Shown here: positions 1 through 12,398 of the stretch, piece after piece | Numbering within the stretch: the stretch's first letter is position 1 | Layout: each line of letters opens with the position of its first letter | Assembly: GCA_041559575.1 (NCBI GenBank) | Contig: JBFFDD010000003.1 | Span: 1-38,788, forward strand | Reading direction: 5' to 3' | Source: a bacterium | GTDB lineage: Bacteria > BMS3Abin14 | Length of the DNA stretch: 38,788 nucleotides | The notes under the pieces: generated by a model | Database searches by the model: none | What the model was told of the DNA's origin: nothing | Seen by the model: the letters and a program-made list of their open reading frames with translations, nothing else | Made by a program: the position numbers and the translations under genes

Positions 1-935
1 GACGTGGCGCCGGCCTCCACCTCCCAGTAGGCCACCAGCCCTCGAAAGTGATCGATCCGGATGAGGTCATACATGGACAAGGCCTGGTCGAGCCGCCTGA
101 ACCACCAGCGGTATCCGGTGGAACGCAGGTTCTCCCAGTTGTACACCGGGTTGCCCCACAGCTGACCCGAGGCGCTGAAGTGATCCGGGGGCACGCCGGC
201 CAGAAAGGCCGGGCGTCCGGCCGCGTCGAGTTTGAAACACTGGGGATGGGCCCAGACGTCGGCGCTGTCGTGGTTGACGTAAATGGGAAGGTCCCCCAGG
301 ATCCTGACGCCCCGTTCACCGGCGTAGGATCTCAGCCTCCGCCACTGGTTGGAGAAGAGGTACTGAAGGAACTTCTCACGCTGGATGTCCCCATCGAGCT
401 TCTCCTTCGCCAGCGCCAGGGCGTCGGGGTCCCTGTGACGCAATGGGTCCTCCCAGTCGGTCCACGCCTGCCCGGGGGTACGGCTCCGGAGGGCGGCAAA
501 CAGGGCGTAGTCCTCCAGCCAGTCGGCCTCCTCCCGGCAGAACATGCCGTACGGGCCGGGATCGCCCGCGGCGGCAAAGCGCCGCCAGGCGAGGTCCAGG
601 AGGCGGGAACGGAACCTCGAGGCCCCCTGGTAATCCGCCCGGCCCGGCGCGAAAATCGGCGTGCCGGCCAGGTCTTCCGGGTCCAGGTACCCGTCCTCCA
701 CGAGGACCTCGGCGCTGATCAGAATGGGATTGCCGGCGAAGATGGACGGTACGCTGTAGGGGGAATAACCGTGAGCGGCTTCTGTGGGGTTCAGCGGCAG
801 GATCTGCCACACGGATTGACCAGCCCGGGCAAGAAAGTCCACGAAGCGGTACGCTTCCGGGCCCAGGTCACCCACACCGTGAGCCGAAGGCAGGGAGGTG
901 ACGTGACAGAGGACCCCGCTGGACCTTTCTACCAT
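1..935 (-). CDS. malQ: 4-alpha-glucanotransferase (amylomaltase, GH77), 3' part runs off the window
   Basis: Not in the ORF track (no stop in window). Manual translation from ATG at 935: MVERSSGVLCHVTSLPSAHGVGDLGPEAYRFVDFLARAGQSVWQILPLNPT..., the typical MalQ N-terminus; GGAGG RBS upstream; follows glgB. Confidence 0.93.
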   Translation of the reverse strand, partial: MVERSSGVLCHVTSLPSAHGVGDLGPEAYRFVDFLARAGQSVWQILPLNPTEAAHGYSPYSVPSIFAGNPILISAEVLVEDGYLDPEDLAGTPIFAPGRADYQGASRFRSRLLDLAWRRFAAAGDPGPYGMFCREEADWLEDYALFAALRSRTPGQAWTDWEDPLRHRDPDALALAKEKLDGDIQREKFLQYLFSNQWRRLRSYAGERGVRILGDLPIYVNHDSADVWAHPQCFKLDAAGRPAFLAGVPPDHFSASGQLWGNPVYNWENLRSTGYRWWFRRLDQALSMYDLIRIDHFRGLVAYWEVEAGAT

Positions 936-1002
936 GGGTCAGACCCTCCGGACTGTTCCGGCAGGATGGCGGCGGTCAGGACCCATTGAAATCCGCTCCT
1001 CG

Positions 1003-3011
<2,009 letters not shown>

Positions 3012-3015
<4 letters not shown>

Positions 3016-4529
3016 CGGGACCCCGGCAAACCTTCGTCGATCCCCTGCCTGGAAATCCTGGTTTTGCCGGCAAGGCGGGTGTACAGCCCCATGTAAAGGT
3101 CCGCCGACCGGCGCCAGGAATGATCGAGGGCCATTACCCGGGCGACGGCGTCCCCCATCCGCCCGCCGGCGAAGAAGGTCCTGGCCCGCCGGACCGCCTC
3201 CAGCAGTCCCTCGGAACTGGCCTTGTGGAAAACGAAGCCGTTTCCGGTTTCCGGGTCGGCGTCCATGTCGGTCACGGTATCCCGCAGCCCGCCAACGGAG
3301 CGCACCACCGGCAGGGAGCCGTACCTCATGGCGATCATCTGGCCCAGTCCGCAGGGTTCGAAGCGGGAGGGCATGATGAAAAAATCCGATCCGGCGTAAA
3401 TACGCCGGGCCAGGGGTTCGTCGAAGCCGAGGGTGACCGAGATCCGGTGGGGGTGGGAACGGGCCAGGCGCCGCAGCGGCTCTTCCAGGCGCGGGTCTCC
3501 CGTGCCCAGCACGACCACCCGGCAGCCGTCCGCGACCAACTCCGGGATGGCCCCAATGAGCAGATCCACCCCTTTCTGCTCCACCAGGCGGCCCACGAAG
3601 GCGAACAGGGGGGCTTCCGGATCGGGATAAAGACCCAACTCCTCCCTCAGGGCGGAGCGGCCGGTATCCCGGCCGCCGATACGATCGCAGCTGAAGGGGG
3701 CCGCGAGGTGGCGATCCTCGGCCGGGTCCCAGTACCCGTAGTCGATGCCGTTGAGGATCCCCACCAGCCCGTCGCCCAGGCCGGCGAGGAGCGCGTCCAG
3801 TCCGAAACCCATCTCGGAGGTGGTGATCTCCCCGGCATAGGCGGGGGAGACCGTGCTGACCGCGTCCGACTTGAGGATGCCGGCCTTGAGGAAATTGACG
3901 GCCCCGAAATGCTCCAGGCAGTCCGGGGCCCAGGCCGCCTGATCCAGGCCCAGGGAGGGAAAGACGGTCGGGTCGAACACCCCCTGGTATCCGAGGTTGT
4001 GGATGGTCAGAACGGTGGCCGCCCCCACCAGACCGGCCGGGGCGCCTCCGTATTGGAGATAGACGGGAGTCAGGGCCGTGTGCCAGTCGTGGCAGTGGAT
4101 CACGTCCGGAGAGATGCCCTGGTCGGCGATATCCGCCAGGGCGGCCCGGACGAGGAAACTGAACCGCTGCGCGCTGTCAGGATATTCGCCGCCCGGGGGG
4201 CCGTAGATCCCGTCCCGGTCGAAAAGGGCGTCCTCGCGGATGAACAGGAAATCGGCACCGCCGACCGGCAGGCGCATCACCGCCGCTCGCCGGGTCACGC
4301 CGGCGTGGTGCAGGGTCACCTCGCGGCCGGTGGGGACAGGTCGGTGACCCATGCGCAGCACGTCACGGTAAAGGGGAAGGTAAACCCTTACCCGGCTTCC
4401 GGAATCGGCCAGGCGCAGGGGGAGGGTGCCCACCACGTCTCCCAGACCTCCCTCCTTGGCATAGGGGGCGGCCTCGGCGGAGATCATCACCAGTTCCAGT
4501 GCATCCCCCCTGCCGGGAATCTTCCTCAC
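3012..4529 (-). CDS. glgA: glycogen synthase (GT5)
   Basis: [14 protein letters not shown] (KxGGL), [35 protein letters not shown]. Start trimmed from track ORF 3012..5072 to the GTG at 4529 that overlaps the galT stop (GTGA). Confidence 0.94.
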
Positions 4530-5563
4530 GTGACCATGTCCCTCAGGAAGGTCGCCGCGTCCTCCGGTGATGTGGGGTTGATGTGAAAGCCTGTGCCCCA
4601 CTCGAAGCCCGCCAGCATGGTCATGCGCGGGATCAGCTCCAGATACCAGTGATAGTCCATCTTGATGCTGCCCCAGTAGTCCGGTTTTTCGGGCCGCTTG
4701 ATCTGGGGGGGTGATGTGTGGAGGATGCAGTTGTAGGGCGGATCGTTGAGGACCTTCTTGAGCCTCTGGAGCACGTCCTTGACCACCACGGCCAGGTGCT
4801 GGAGAGTCTCTTCGTCCATGGTGCTGAAGTCGTGGTTGTGGGCTTTGGGCACCACGTTGAGCTGGAACGGGAAGCTCGAGGCGAAGGGCGCGAACACGAT
4901 GAACTTCTCCTCGTTGATGACGACCCTCCCTCCCTCCATCACCTCCTGGGAGATGATGTCGCACATGAGGCATCGCTCCTTCCGGGAGTAGTAGTCCCTG
5001 CAGCTGGCCAGCTCGGTGGCCACCATGTTCGGGGTGACCGGCATGCCGATTATCTGGGAGTGGGAATGGCACACCGATGCCCCCGCCTCAACCCCGTAAT
5101 TCTTGAAGAGCAGGATGTAGCGAAGCCGGTCGTCCCGCATGAGGTCCTTGAGGCGTTCCCGGTAGACGAAGAACACGTCCCGGAGTTGTTTGAGGTCGAA
5201 ATCGGCCATCTGCAGGGAATCGTCAGGCGTCTCGACGATGACCTCGTGGGCCCCGAACCCGGAGACCTCGTCGTAGATCCCCCTGCCGCGTCTCTCCTGG
5301 GGGCTCTCGATGGCCAGGGCCGGGAACTTGTTGGGGATCACCCGCACCGACCACCCGGGTTTATTGGGGGCGGTCCCGGACTCCCTGATGGCGAAGATCT
5401 CCGGCGGCGTCCGGTCCTCCTTGCCGGGACAGAAAGGGCAGGCCCGGGCGCCGGCTGCCATGGCCGGGTCTTCCCAGCGCTGGTAGTGGATGGGGCGGAT
5501 GGCCCTCTCGCTGGCAATGATCACCCATGTCTGTTTCAGGGGGTCGTAACGAAGTTCTGACAT
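4526..5563 (-). CDS. galT: GalT-like nucleotidyltransferase (galactose-1-phosphate uridylyltransferase family)
   Basis: MSELRYDPL, CPFCPG, NKFPAL, GAHEVIVETP, GASVCHSHSQ (HxHxQ), AGFEWGTG. Confidence 0.88.
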   Translation of the reverse strand: MSELRYDPLKQTWVIIASERAIRPIHYQRWEDPAMAAGARACPFCPGKEDRTPPEIFAIRESGTAPNKPGWSVRVIPNKFPALAIESPQERRGRGIYDEVSGFGAHEVIVETPDDSLQMADFDLKQLRDVFFVYRERLKDLMRDDRLRYILLFKNYGVEAGASVCHSHSQIIGMPVTPNMVATELASCRDYYSRKERCLMCDIISQEVMEGGRVVINEEKFIVFAPFASSFPFQLNVVPKAHNHDFSTMDEETLQHLAVVVKDVLQRLKKVLNDPPYNCILHTSPPQIKRPEKPDYWGSIKMDYHWYLELIPRMTMLAGFEWGTGFHINPTSPEDAATFLRDMVT

Positions 5564-5602
5564 GAAGCCTCCAATGGTTGTTCCAGGCCTTCCGGCAGGT
5601 TC

Positions 5603-7741
5603 CTAGATGATCCAATAGTCGAGGTCATAATCCTCCGGAACGATGACCTTGACCAGAGAAAACAGGGGAGCCCTCTCTATGGGTGTCCCGTTGCGCCACA
5701 GATTGAAGGACATCAGGATCTCCTCGCCCCCCGAAGCGCCGATGAAACTCAGGGGAATGGAGATCTCCACAACCCTTCCCACGGCCGCCCGGACACCCCC
5801 TGCATCAGAGTCGGGGTCGAATTTCACTGACTGGTTCGGCCCCACTTCCAGGGTGATCTCTCTCCTGTGCCCGGACAGGACCTCCACCACCAGCCTCTTG
5901 CCGGCCAGTATTTCAGACATGTTACCATCGCTGTCCAGGCGGAGAAAGAGCGTGTCCTGTCCGAAGCCGAAATGGAGCAGGTTGAGAATGGAGGTGGAGC
6001 GGTGCATTGAACCCTGTTCGAAGTCGAGGCCGAAACGGCCGGCGCTCAGCCATTCGAAGTAATCGGTAACCTGACCGTCGATGGTCGCCTCGACAGTGCC
6101 GGTGGGGTCCGCCAGATACCCCCTGGCGAAAGGTTTTTTGACAGGTTCCCTGAGCTCCAGCGGCACGGGCAGGTCGGCGAACCGGTAGACGTTGATGAGG
6201 TGCAGACGGAACAGTTCGTCGAACCGGTCGGCCAGGGTGGTGAAGTGGTCGTCGCCGAACCACCAGAACCAGTCGCTCCCCTGGGCGGCCATGAGTTGAT
6301 CCAGGCTCCTTTCCCAGCGCCACTTCGGGATGGTCTCCCTTCGGGTGAACAGGTCGTTGCGGGCCCGGCAGACGAGCTCCCAGGCCCGGTTCTTCTCCGA
6401 ATGGCCCACCCAGGTTGCCAGCCGTCCGCCGATCCACGAACCGGCCACCACGGAGTCGAGGGGCTCCGTATCGGTACCCTCCAGGGCCTGCGACAGGGTC
6501 ACCACATCAAGTGTCGGGTCGTCGGACAGGGCGGCGTAAAGGCCGGTCAGGAAATCGCGGCCGTTATCCGGATAGTGCTCCCAGGCATTCTCGCCGTCCA
6601 GGATGATCGGGATCACACCGTCGTCGTGATCCAGTGAGTCCCTGATGGCATGGAGCCTGGATATGAAATCGTCCACGGCCGAGGAGGCCTCCATCCGCTG
6701 ATAGGTGAAACCGACGAGATCGGACAGTTCCTGGTCCCGGAAGAAAACGGCGATCTCCGAGTCCGGCCCACCGATCCGGTAAGGCCGATAAAGGGCCTCG
6801 GGGTTGTCAGCCAGGTCGCGGCCGGAGGCGGCCAGGGACCGGGCAAGGACGCTCTCGTCGGAGGCGGCGTACCGAACACCCCTGGCGGCCAGCATCGCCA
6901 GCGTCTCCGCCGAAACTGCGCCCTCGGCGGGCCACATGCCGGTACACGGCCTCCCGAAGACCTTCTTGTAACGGGTCAGGGCCCTGTCCACCTGGAGGCC
7001 GGCCTCTTCAGCCATGGAGGAGCAGGTCACGGGAATGGGGATGTTCCTGTCCGCTGCCCGCGCCGACTCGAAATCGATAAGGAGAGGCAGGATCGGATGA
7101 TAGTACGGGGTCGTGGTGATCTCGATCCGTCCCTGGTCCTGAGCCTTCCGGTAGGCCTCGAGAATGCCGGCGGTTCTCTTCATCAGGAGGGCCAGGAGTT
7201 CCTGTTTTTCCTCCTGTGTGAAGTGACTTCCCCTGTCCAGCAGGGATCTGACGAAGGGCTCTTCCTCCCGTATGGTGGTGCCGGTCCACGCCAGGAGGAA
7301 CAGCACCTCCAGGTCGAGCAGCTCCTCGTCGGAAAACAGTTCACCCGTCGGGGTGAACGGGGGCGACCGCTCCTTCTTGTCAAAAAGCTCGTAGTACCTC
7401 GACAGCGGTACGATCATGTGACGCACGTCGCCGATGAACAGGTAGGCCATGAGATGGGCTTTCTCGTCCTCGTCCAGCTCCGTTACCGGTTTTTTGAGGG
7501 TGTCGAGAAACACGTCCTCCGCCGTGCCGTCAGCGTAGCATTCCAGCTGATCCAGGAGGGAGGGGACCAGGTTGAAGGTGACCCTGATCCGGTCATGGCC
7601 CTCGAGAAACCTGAGCATCTCGTAGTAGTCCTTGGTGGCGTGGAGAAACGCCAGGGGCATGACCGTCGTACCGTCAAAGAAGTTGCGGTAGATCGGCTGG
7701 TGCATGTGCCAGAGTATGGCGATTCGAACTCTGCCGGCCAT
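5603..7741 (-). CDS. glycoside hydrolase family 57 (alpha-amylase/amylopullulanase-like)
   Basis: LWHMHQP, FNLVPSLLDQL, TPYYHPILPLL, GMWPAEGAVS, ILDGENAWEHY, GSDWFWW. Confidence 0.92.
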   Translation of the reverse strand: MAGRVRIAILWHMHQPIYRNFFDGTTVMPLAFLHATKDYYEMLRFLEGHDRIRVTFNLVPSLLDQLECYADGTAEDVFLDTLKKPVTELDEDEKAHLMAYLFIGDVRHMIVPLSRYYELFDKKERSPPFTPTGELFSDEELLDLEVLFLLAWTGTTIREEEPFVRSLLDRGSHFTQEEKQELLALLMKRTAGILEAYRKAQDQGRIEITTTPYYHPILPLLIDFESARAADRNIPIPVTCSSMAEEAGLQVDRALTRYKKVFGRPCTGMWPAEGAVSAETLAMLAARGVRYAASDESVLARSLAASGRDLADNPEALYRPYRIGGPDSEIAVFFRDQELSDLVGFTYQRMEASSAVDDFISRLHAIRDSLDHDDGVIPIILDGENAWEHYPDNGRDFLTGLYAALSDDPTLDVVTLSQALEGTDTEPLDSVVAGSWIGGRLATWVGHSEKNRAWELVCRARNDLFTRRETIPKWRWERSLDQLMAAQGSDWFWWFGDDHFTTLADRFDELFRLHLINVYRFADLPVPLELREPVKKPFARGYLADPTGTVEATIDGQVTDYFEWLSAGRFGLDFEQGSMHRSTSILNLLHFGFGQDTLFLRLDSDGNMSEILAGKRLVVEVLSGHRREITLEVGPNQSVKFDPDSDAGGVRAAVGRVVEISIPLSFIGASGGEEILMSFNLWRNGTPIERAPLFSLVKVIVPEDYDLDYWII

Positions 7742-7746
7742 CCCCT

Positions 7747-10236
7747 TTACCTCTGGAGGGTCCAGCGTCTGACACGCCGCTTCCAGAAGGACATCAGCTT
7801 TCTGGCCGCCGCGGCGTCGGTGGACTCGACGAAGAGGGTTACCCGGGGTCCGAAGGCGTCCGGCAGGAGCATGGCCCAGCCCTCCGGAAGGTGCACCTTG
7901 ATGCCGTCATCGTAGGAAACGTCACCACCCTCCACGGCCTGCCGGAAGTTCCTCATGACCAGCCCCTTCTGGTCAGGCGGGCAGACCAGGTCCGACCGGC
8001 TGAAGCCGTAGGCAGGCAGGGAGTCGAAGGCCGCCGACATGCGGCCCCCGCTTTCAGCAAGGGTCTCCAGCGTGGCGGCGATGGAGAACATCCCGTCCGC
8101 ATGTGGTCCGAAACGGGTAAAGGCATAGCGCCCGTTGAGGTCAGCGATAAGATCATACCGGGAGTACTCCTTCTGGGACAGGCGGGACAGCCGCCCTGTA
8201 TCCACCGTGAGGCCTTGAATGGAGGCGGCTGTCGTGAGGGGAGCCATGACCGGAAGGAACACCCGCCTGCGGCCTTTCTTCCGGGAGGCTTCCAGGGTCA
8301 TCAGGAACAGTATCGTTTGATGATCCTCCCACACGCGTCCCCTGTCGTCCACCACGAACATCCGCTCACCGGAGGGCGCCACGTAGAATCCCATGTCGGC
8401 TTTCAGGGACCGGACGATCTTTCCCACCTGTTTCAAGCTGCCGTGGACCAGGGTGGGGGATGCGGCGAGCTTGGTTTCGTCGCTGTGCGCGTTGATGATC
8501 ACCGTCTCACATCCCAGGTGGTTCATGAGGTCGGGCAGGATAACGGCGGAAGCGCCGTTGGCGAGGTCCAGGACGACCTTGAATTTTCTCTTCCTGACAA
8601 GTTCGGCGTCCAGGGATTTTAAAAAGTGCTCGCGGTAATAATCCAGCGCGAGGGGCATCTCCGTGATGGTTCCCACCTCGTTGTGATGGCTGCGGCGGAA
8701 ATTTTCCCGGAAAAAGATCCTCTCGATGTCCTTGGCCGACTCCTCCCCGATCTCGTACCCTTCGGAGTTGAAGAAAAGGATCTCGGTGGAGGTCTCGTCA
8801 CCCGGTTTCTGCCGAAAATGGACGCCGGCGACCTCACCGAAGGAGGTCAGCTTGTAACGGGTCACCGGAAGCGGCATGTGCCTGAGGTCCCTCACGGAGA
8901 CCCCCGTGGAGAGAACCCCGCCGAGGAACGACCGTTTGAGCATGCGGGAGGACTTGTGGCCGTCGCGGCTCACCAGGATGCTGTCGCCGGACCGGAACAA
9001 AGAGCCGAAGGCCTCTCCCAGCTTGGCGGTGAAACCCGAGTTCATCTCCTGATTGGTGTGTCCCGATATGGTGTTGCCCTCGAAGAGGCTCGCCCGCCAC
9101 CGGTCACCCCAGATGAGGTTGGATGAGAGCACGGAACCTGCCTCCACCAGTTTGCCCGGCCACAGCATGACGTCACGCACGATGGAAACGGCTTCCTCGA
9201 TGACCGTGTCCGAGGCGATGATGGCCCCCTCGGGGATGGAGGCCCCGTCTCCCATCCGGACGTTGTCGCACAGTACGGTGTTGGTCAGGCGGCAGTTACG
9301 GCCCACTGAGACGTTGCTCCAGATCACGCAGGATTCGATGTGTGAACCGGTGCCGATCTCGCTGCCGTCACCAATGACCGAATTCGAGTAGACACCTGCC
9401 GGCAGGCTGACCCCGGCGCCAAGGACGAGGGTCCCCTTGATGCGGGCCCTCCTCGACAGCGTCGAACCCTCACCGATCCACGCGGTCCCGCTTTCCGTCT
9501 CCAGCCGCTTTCCGGGAAAGGGGACATGGGTCCTGCCGGCGAAGATGTCCCGGTGGACATTGCGGTAGGACTCGGGGTTTCCGACGTCCCTCCAGTATCC
9601 TCTGGAAACGTGACCGAAAAGGGGCTTTTTGAGAGCCATGAGTCTGGGGAACAGGTCCCTGGAAAAATCGAAGCTGACCCCCTCGGGGATGTGGTCCAGG
9701 ACCTCCGGTTCCAGGACGTAGATCCCGGTGTTGATGGTGTCGCTGACCACCTCGCCCCAGCCGGGTTTCTCGAGGAAGTTCCTGATCCGCCCATCCTCTC
9801 CGGCGATGACCACGCCGAACTGAAGGGGGTTCGCTACGGGTGTCAGCGTCAGGGTGACCATGGCCCCGCTCCGCCGGTGGAAATCCAGCACCTCCTCGAG
9901 ATCGATATCTGTGACCAGGTCGCCGCTTACCACGAAGAAGGTTTCCCCGACCCTGTCGAAGGCGAATTTCACCGATCCGGCCGTGCCGTAATCGGCGTCA
10001 GGTACGATGTACCTCAACGCGGAGGATCCTTCCCAGATCTGGTTGAAGTAGTCGCGGATCTTCTCGGGCATGTAGTAGAGGAGAAGGGAGGTCTCCTGCA
10101 CCCCGATCCTGTCCAGGCTGTCCAGAACATACTCAATCATGGGCCGGTTGACCACAGGGAGCATTGGTTTTGGTATCGTTGCCGTTAGGGGTTGGATCCT
10201 TGTCCCGAAACCGCCGGCCAGAACCGCGGCCATCAT
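7747..10236 (-). CDS. NDP-sugar pyrophosphorylase (mannose-1-phosphate guanylyltransferase-like) with hexapeptide repeats fused to a phosphoglucomutase/phosphomannomutase-like module
   Basis: LAGGFGTRIQPLT..PKPMLP, GTAGSVK, FLEKP, INTGIY, YWRDVG, beta-helix region, then alpha-D-phosphohexomutase-like C-terminal half. Confidence 0.88.
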   Translation of the reverse strand: MMAAVLAGGFGTRIQPLTATIPKPMLPVVNRPMIEYVLDSLDRIGVQETSLLLYYMPEKIRDYFNQIWEGSSALRYIVPDADYGTAGSVKFAFDRVGETFFVVSGDLVTDIDLEEVLDFHRRSGAMVTLTLTPVANPLQFGVVIAGEDGRIRNFLEKPGWGEVVSDTINTGIYVLEPEVLDHIPEGVSFDFSRDLFPRLMALKKPLFGHVSRGYWRDVGNPESYRNVHRDIFAGRTHVPFPGKRLETESGTAWIGEGSTLSRRARIKGTLVLGAGVSLPAGVYSNSVIGDGSEIGTGSHIESCVIWSNVSVGRNCRLTNTVLCDNVRMGDGASIPEGAIIASDTVIEEAVSIVRDVMLWPGKLVEAGSVLSSNLIWGDRWRASLFEGNTISGHTNQEMNSGFTAKLGEAFGSLFRSGDSILVSRDGHKSSRMLKRSFLGGVLSTGVSVRDLRHMPLPVTRYKLTSFGEVAGVHFRQKPGDETSTEILFFNSEGYEIGEESAKDIERIFFRENFRRSHHNEVGTITEMPLALDYYREHFLKSLDAELVRKRKFKVVLDLANGASAVILPDLMNHLGCETVIINAHSDETKLAASPTLVHGSLKQVGKIVRSLKADMGFYVAPSGERMFVVDDRGRVWEDHQTILFLMTLEASRKKGRRRVFLPVMAPLTTAASIQGLTVDTGRLSRLSQKEYSRYDLIADLNGRYAFTRFGPHADGMFSIAATLETLAESGGRMSAAFDSLPAYGFSRSDLVCPPDQKGLVMRNFRQAVEGGDVSYDDGIKVHLPEGWAMLLPDAFGPRVTLFVESTDAAAARKLMSFWKRRVRRWTLQR

Positions 10237-10616
10237 GATTCCGGTCGCCCGTGACTCGAGTAGTGTTTGTCGATCACCCTTTCCACCTCCGATGTCAGCT
10301 CAGTCAGGTCCGAGGATTTGATCACATAACCATCGGCCAGCCAGGACGAGAAATCCATCTTGTAGCAGCTGTAGACCGAGGAGATGATCACCGGGATATC
10401 GATGTTCTCGGTCGTCATGCCCTGGAGGAGTTCGAGGCCGCTTTCCCCCTCAAGCCTGATGTCGAGGATCATGAGGTGGTAGTCTCCCTCCCGGAGAAGG
10501 CCCATTGTCTCGGTGATGTTCGAAGCCATGTCCACCTTGTAGCCCAGGTCTTCGAGCTCTATTCTGTAGAGGTTCCGGATACCTTCGTCGTCATCTACCA
10601 CGATAATCCTGTGCAT
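10233..10616 (-). CDS. single-domain response regulator (receiver)
   Basis: MHRIIVVDDD..., LDIRL phosphoacceptor, YVIKSS; start moved to ATG 10616 with GGAGG upstream; stop overlaps the next start (ATGA). Confidence 0.9.
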   Translation of the reverse strand: MHRIIVVDDDEGIRNLYRIELEDLGYKVDMASNITETMGLLREGDYHLMILDIRLEGESGLELLQGMTTENIDIPVIISSVYSCYKMDFSSWLADGYVIKSSDLTELTSEVERVIDKHYSSHGRPES

Positions 10617-12024
10617 ATTCCCTCCCTTCCGCTTTGTTAAGCGGAAATTGCACCACCATTCGTCCCTCTTCGTGCCTGAGGGTGATGCCTTCCGCGGCCA
10701 GACGACCGACGATCCTGTCCCACTGGCCTGGAAAGGCGTCAGCGGGCGTGATGGCATCGCCCCCCCCGATAAGGACCTGGACCAGCCCGTCACCGAGGGC
10801 GGTGGTTACCTCCACCTGCATCCCCCGCGGCCGTTCTGCGAGGATGATGCCGAGGAGCCTCAGGAGGATCGATCGGGTGAGATCGTAGTCAAGGAACACA
10901 AGGGGGAGTTCGCCCTCCGTAAGACGGACCGCAGTGCTCTCCATGGGACACGTCTCACGGAACAGCCTGAGGGTTTCCCTGACGAGGTGATTAAGGTCCC
11001 AGAAGTGGCGGGAGGGGTAACTTTCCTCCACCTGCGATATGAAATCCTCGGCGAAGTCCTCGAGGGCGGCAAGGTCGCTGGCGATGGCCTCGGTGAACTC
11101 AACACATGCTGAAGGGTCGTGACGATGCTCCTTCAGGAGTTTAAGGTTTCCCATCATTGAGATAATGGGGTTCTTCACGTTGTGGGCGAGGACGGCAGAG
11201 TACCGGTTCATGAGCATCCTCTTTTCCATGTTGAGGATGGTCTCCCGTTGGGCCTCGATCTTTTCGTGGGCCGCGGTAAGCTCTTGTACCTTTGTTTCGT
11301 ACTGCTCGATGATAATGGACCGTTCCAGGAAGCTGGCAAATGGCTGGATGAAAGCGCTCAGATCAAGGAGGTCCCCTCCGGTGATTCCCTTTCGGGTGAC
11401 GAAGTTGTCCACGATGATCGTCCCGAAATGGCCCCGCTGGCCCCACAGGGGAAGGAACCCCAGGAGGTCGGTTGAAAGGAGGTCGAAAAGCCATTCTCCC
11501 TCGCCACCTAGCGATGCCCTGGACACCACCGCCGGTTCGGGTCCCGAGAGGCCCGCAGTCAGAGGGTCCTCTGTGCCGAAGGTGAACCCAAACCGGTCGA
11601 GGATGGGAGCGAGCCGCTGGTTTTCCTGGAGAAAGTCATCCAGGGCTCTCCTGACCAGGTCCTCGAAACCCAGTTTCTCCTCCTGAATGTGACGCCACCT
11701 GGACAACGCCTCCTCGCGGTCCACTGGACCAATGCCGAATGCTTCCCGGAGGTGTCCGTCGAGGCCCCTGAGGAGTAGGATGGCCCGGTTGTATCCGAAG
11801 AGTTCCCCGGCGGTGATGACGGTAAGCATGAGGGCGGCAACGTGTTCCGGGTCCTGTGACCGGCAGAGGTAGAGGTCTATCTGACGGCGCAGTCCGGCGG
11901 ACCTGAGCAGGTCCTGGTGATCGGCCCACAGCCGGCTCACTCTTTCCAGCAGCTCGGGTGAAAGTTTTTCACCTAGCGGCCCCTTGATAAATTCCCCAAA
12001 ATCCTGGACGGTGGCGCTTTCCAT
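10591..12024 (-). CDS. GAF-domain protein with HisKA-like H-box and degenerate ATP-binding domain
   Basis: GAF-like GYNRAILLL...GTIIVDNFVTRKGI, coiled coil, H-box LAHNVKNPI; ATG 12024 has GGAGGA RBS (track start 12102 lacks one). Confidence 0.75.
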   Translation of the reverse strand: MESATVQDFGEFIKGPLGEKLSPELLERVSRLWADHQDLLRSAGLRRQIDLYLCRSQDPEHVAALMLTVITAGELFGYNRAILLLRGLDGHLREAFGIGPVDREEALSRWRHIQEEKLGFEDLVRRALDDFLQENQRLAPILDRFGFTFGTEDPLTAGLSGPEPAVVSRASLGGEGEWLFDLLSTDLLGFLPLWGQRGHFGTIIVDNFVTRKGITGGDLLDLSAFIQPFASFLERSIIIEQYETKVQELTAAHEKIEAQRETILNMEKRMLMNRYSAVLAHNVKNPIISMMGNLKLLKEHRHDPSACVEFTEAIASDLAALEDFAEDFISQVEESYPSRHFWDLNHLVRETLRLFRETCPMESTAVRLTEGELPLVFLDYDLTRSILLRLLGIILAERPRGMQVEVTTALGDGLVQVLIGGGDAITPADAFPGQWDRIVGRLAAEGITLRHEEGRMVVQFPLNKAEGREYAQDYRGR

Positions 12025-12398
12025 TATTCCTCCGCTTATAAGTCCCAGGGAGCCCTTCTCCCCTTCACCCTGACGGCCGGTGCACAAGTAACATTTTAGC
12101 ATACATCCTTCATTTTCAGTCGTTTGACCACAGGGGTCCTGTTTCCGGTAGCTCCTCTCTCATTTCCCCTGTCCGGCAGTTCTCAACGGACAGAGGGCGG
12201 CGGAGGACACCGGGCTCTCGCCTGAACTGACGTGCCGGAATTCGAAGGGCGGAGACGAAGATCATAATTGATCCCACCCCGGAACAATAATTTTTTATGG
12301 GACCCCTCAAAGCCGGCAGGCAGCGCTATACTTCACCAATGGCGGCACTGAGGCAGCCGATCGCGTGTTTCCAGAGGATTAAAAAAGGAGATGGGCGC

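Noticed and set aside
4530-5072. Apparent 181-aa N-terminal extension of GlgA
   Set aside because: Lies in an alternate frame of galT; GTG at 4529 overlapping the galT stop is the better start.
5540-5550. GGGGTCGTA match to the transposon IR end
   Set aside because: Only a short match inside galT coding sequence (YDPL); not a REP copy.
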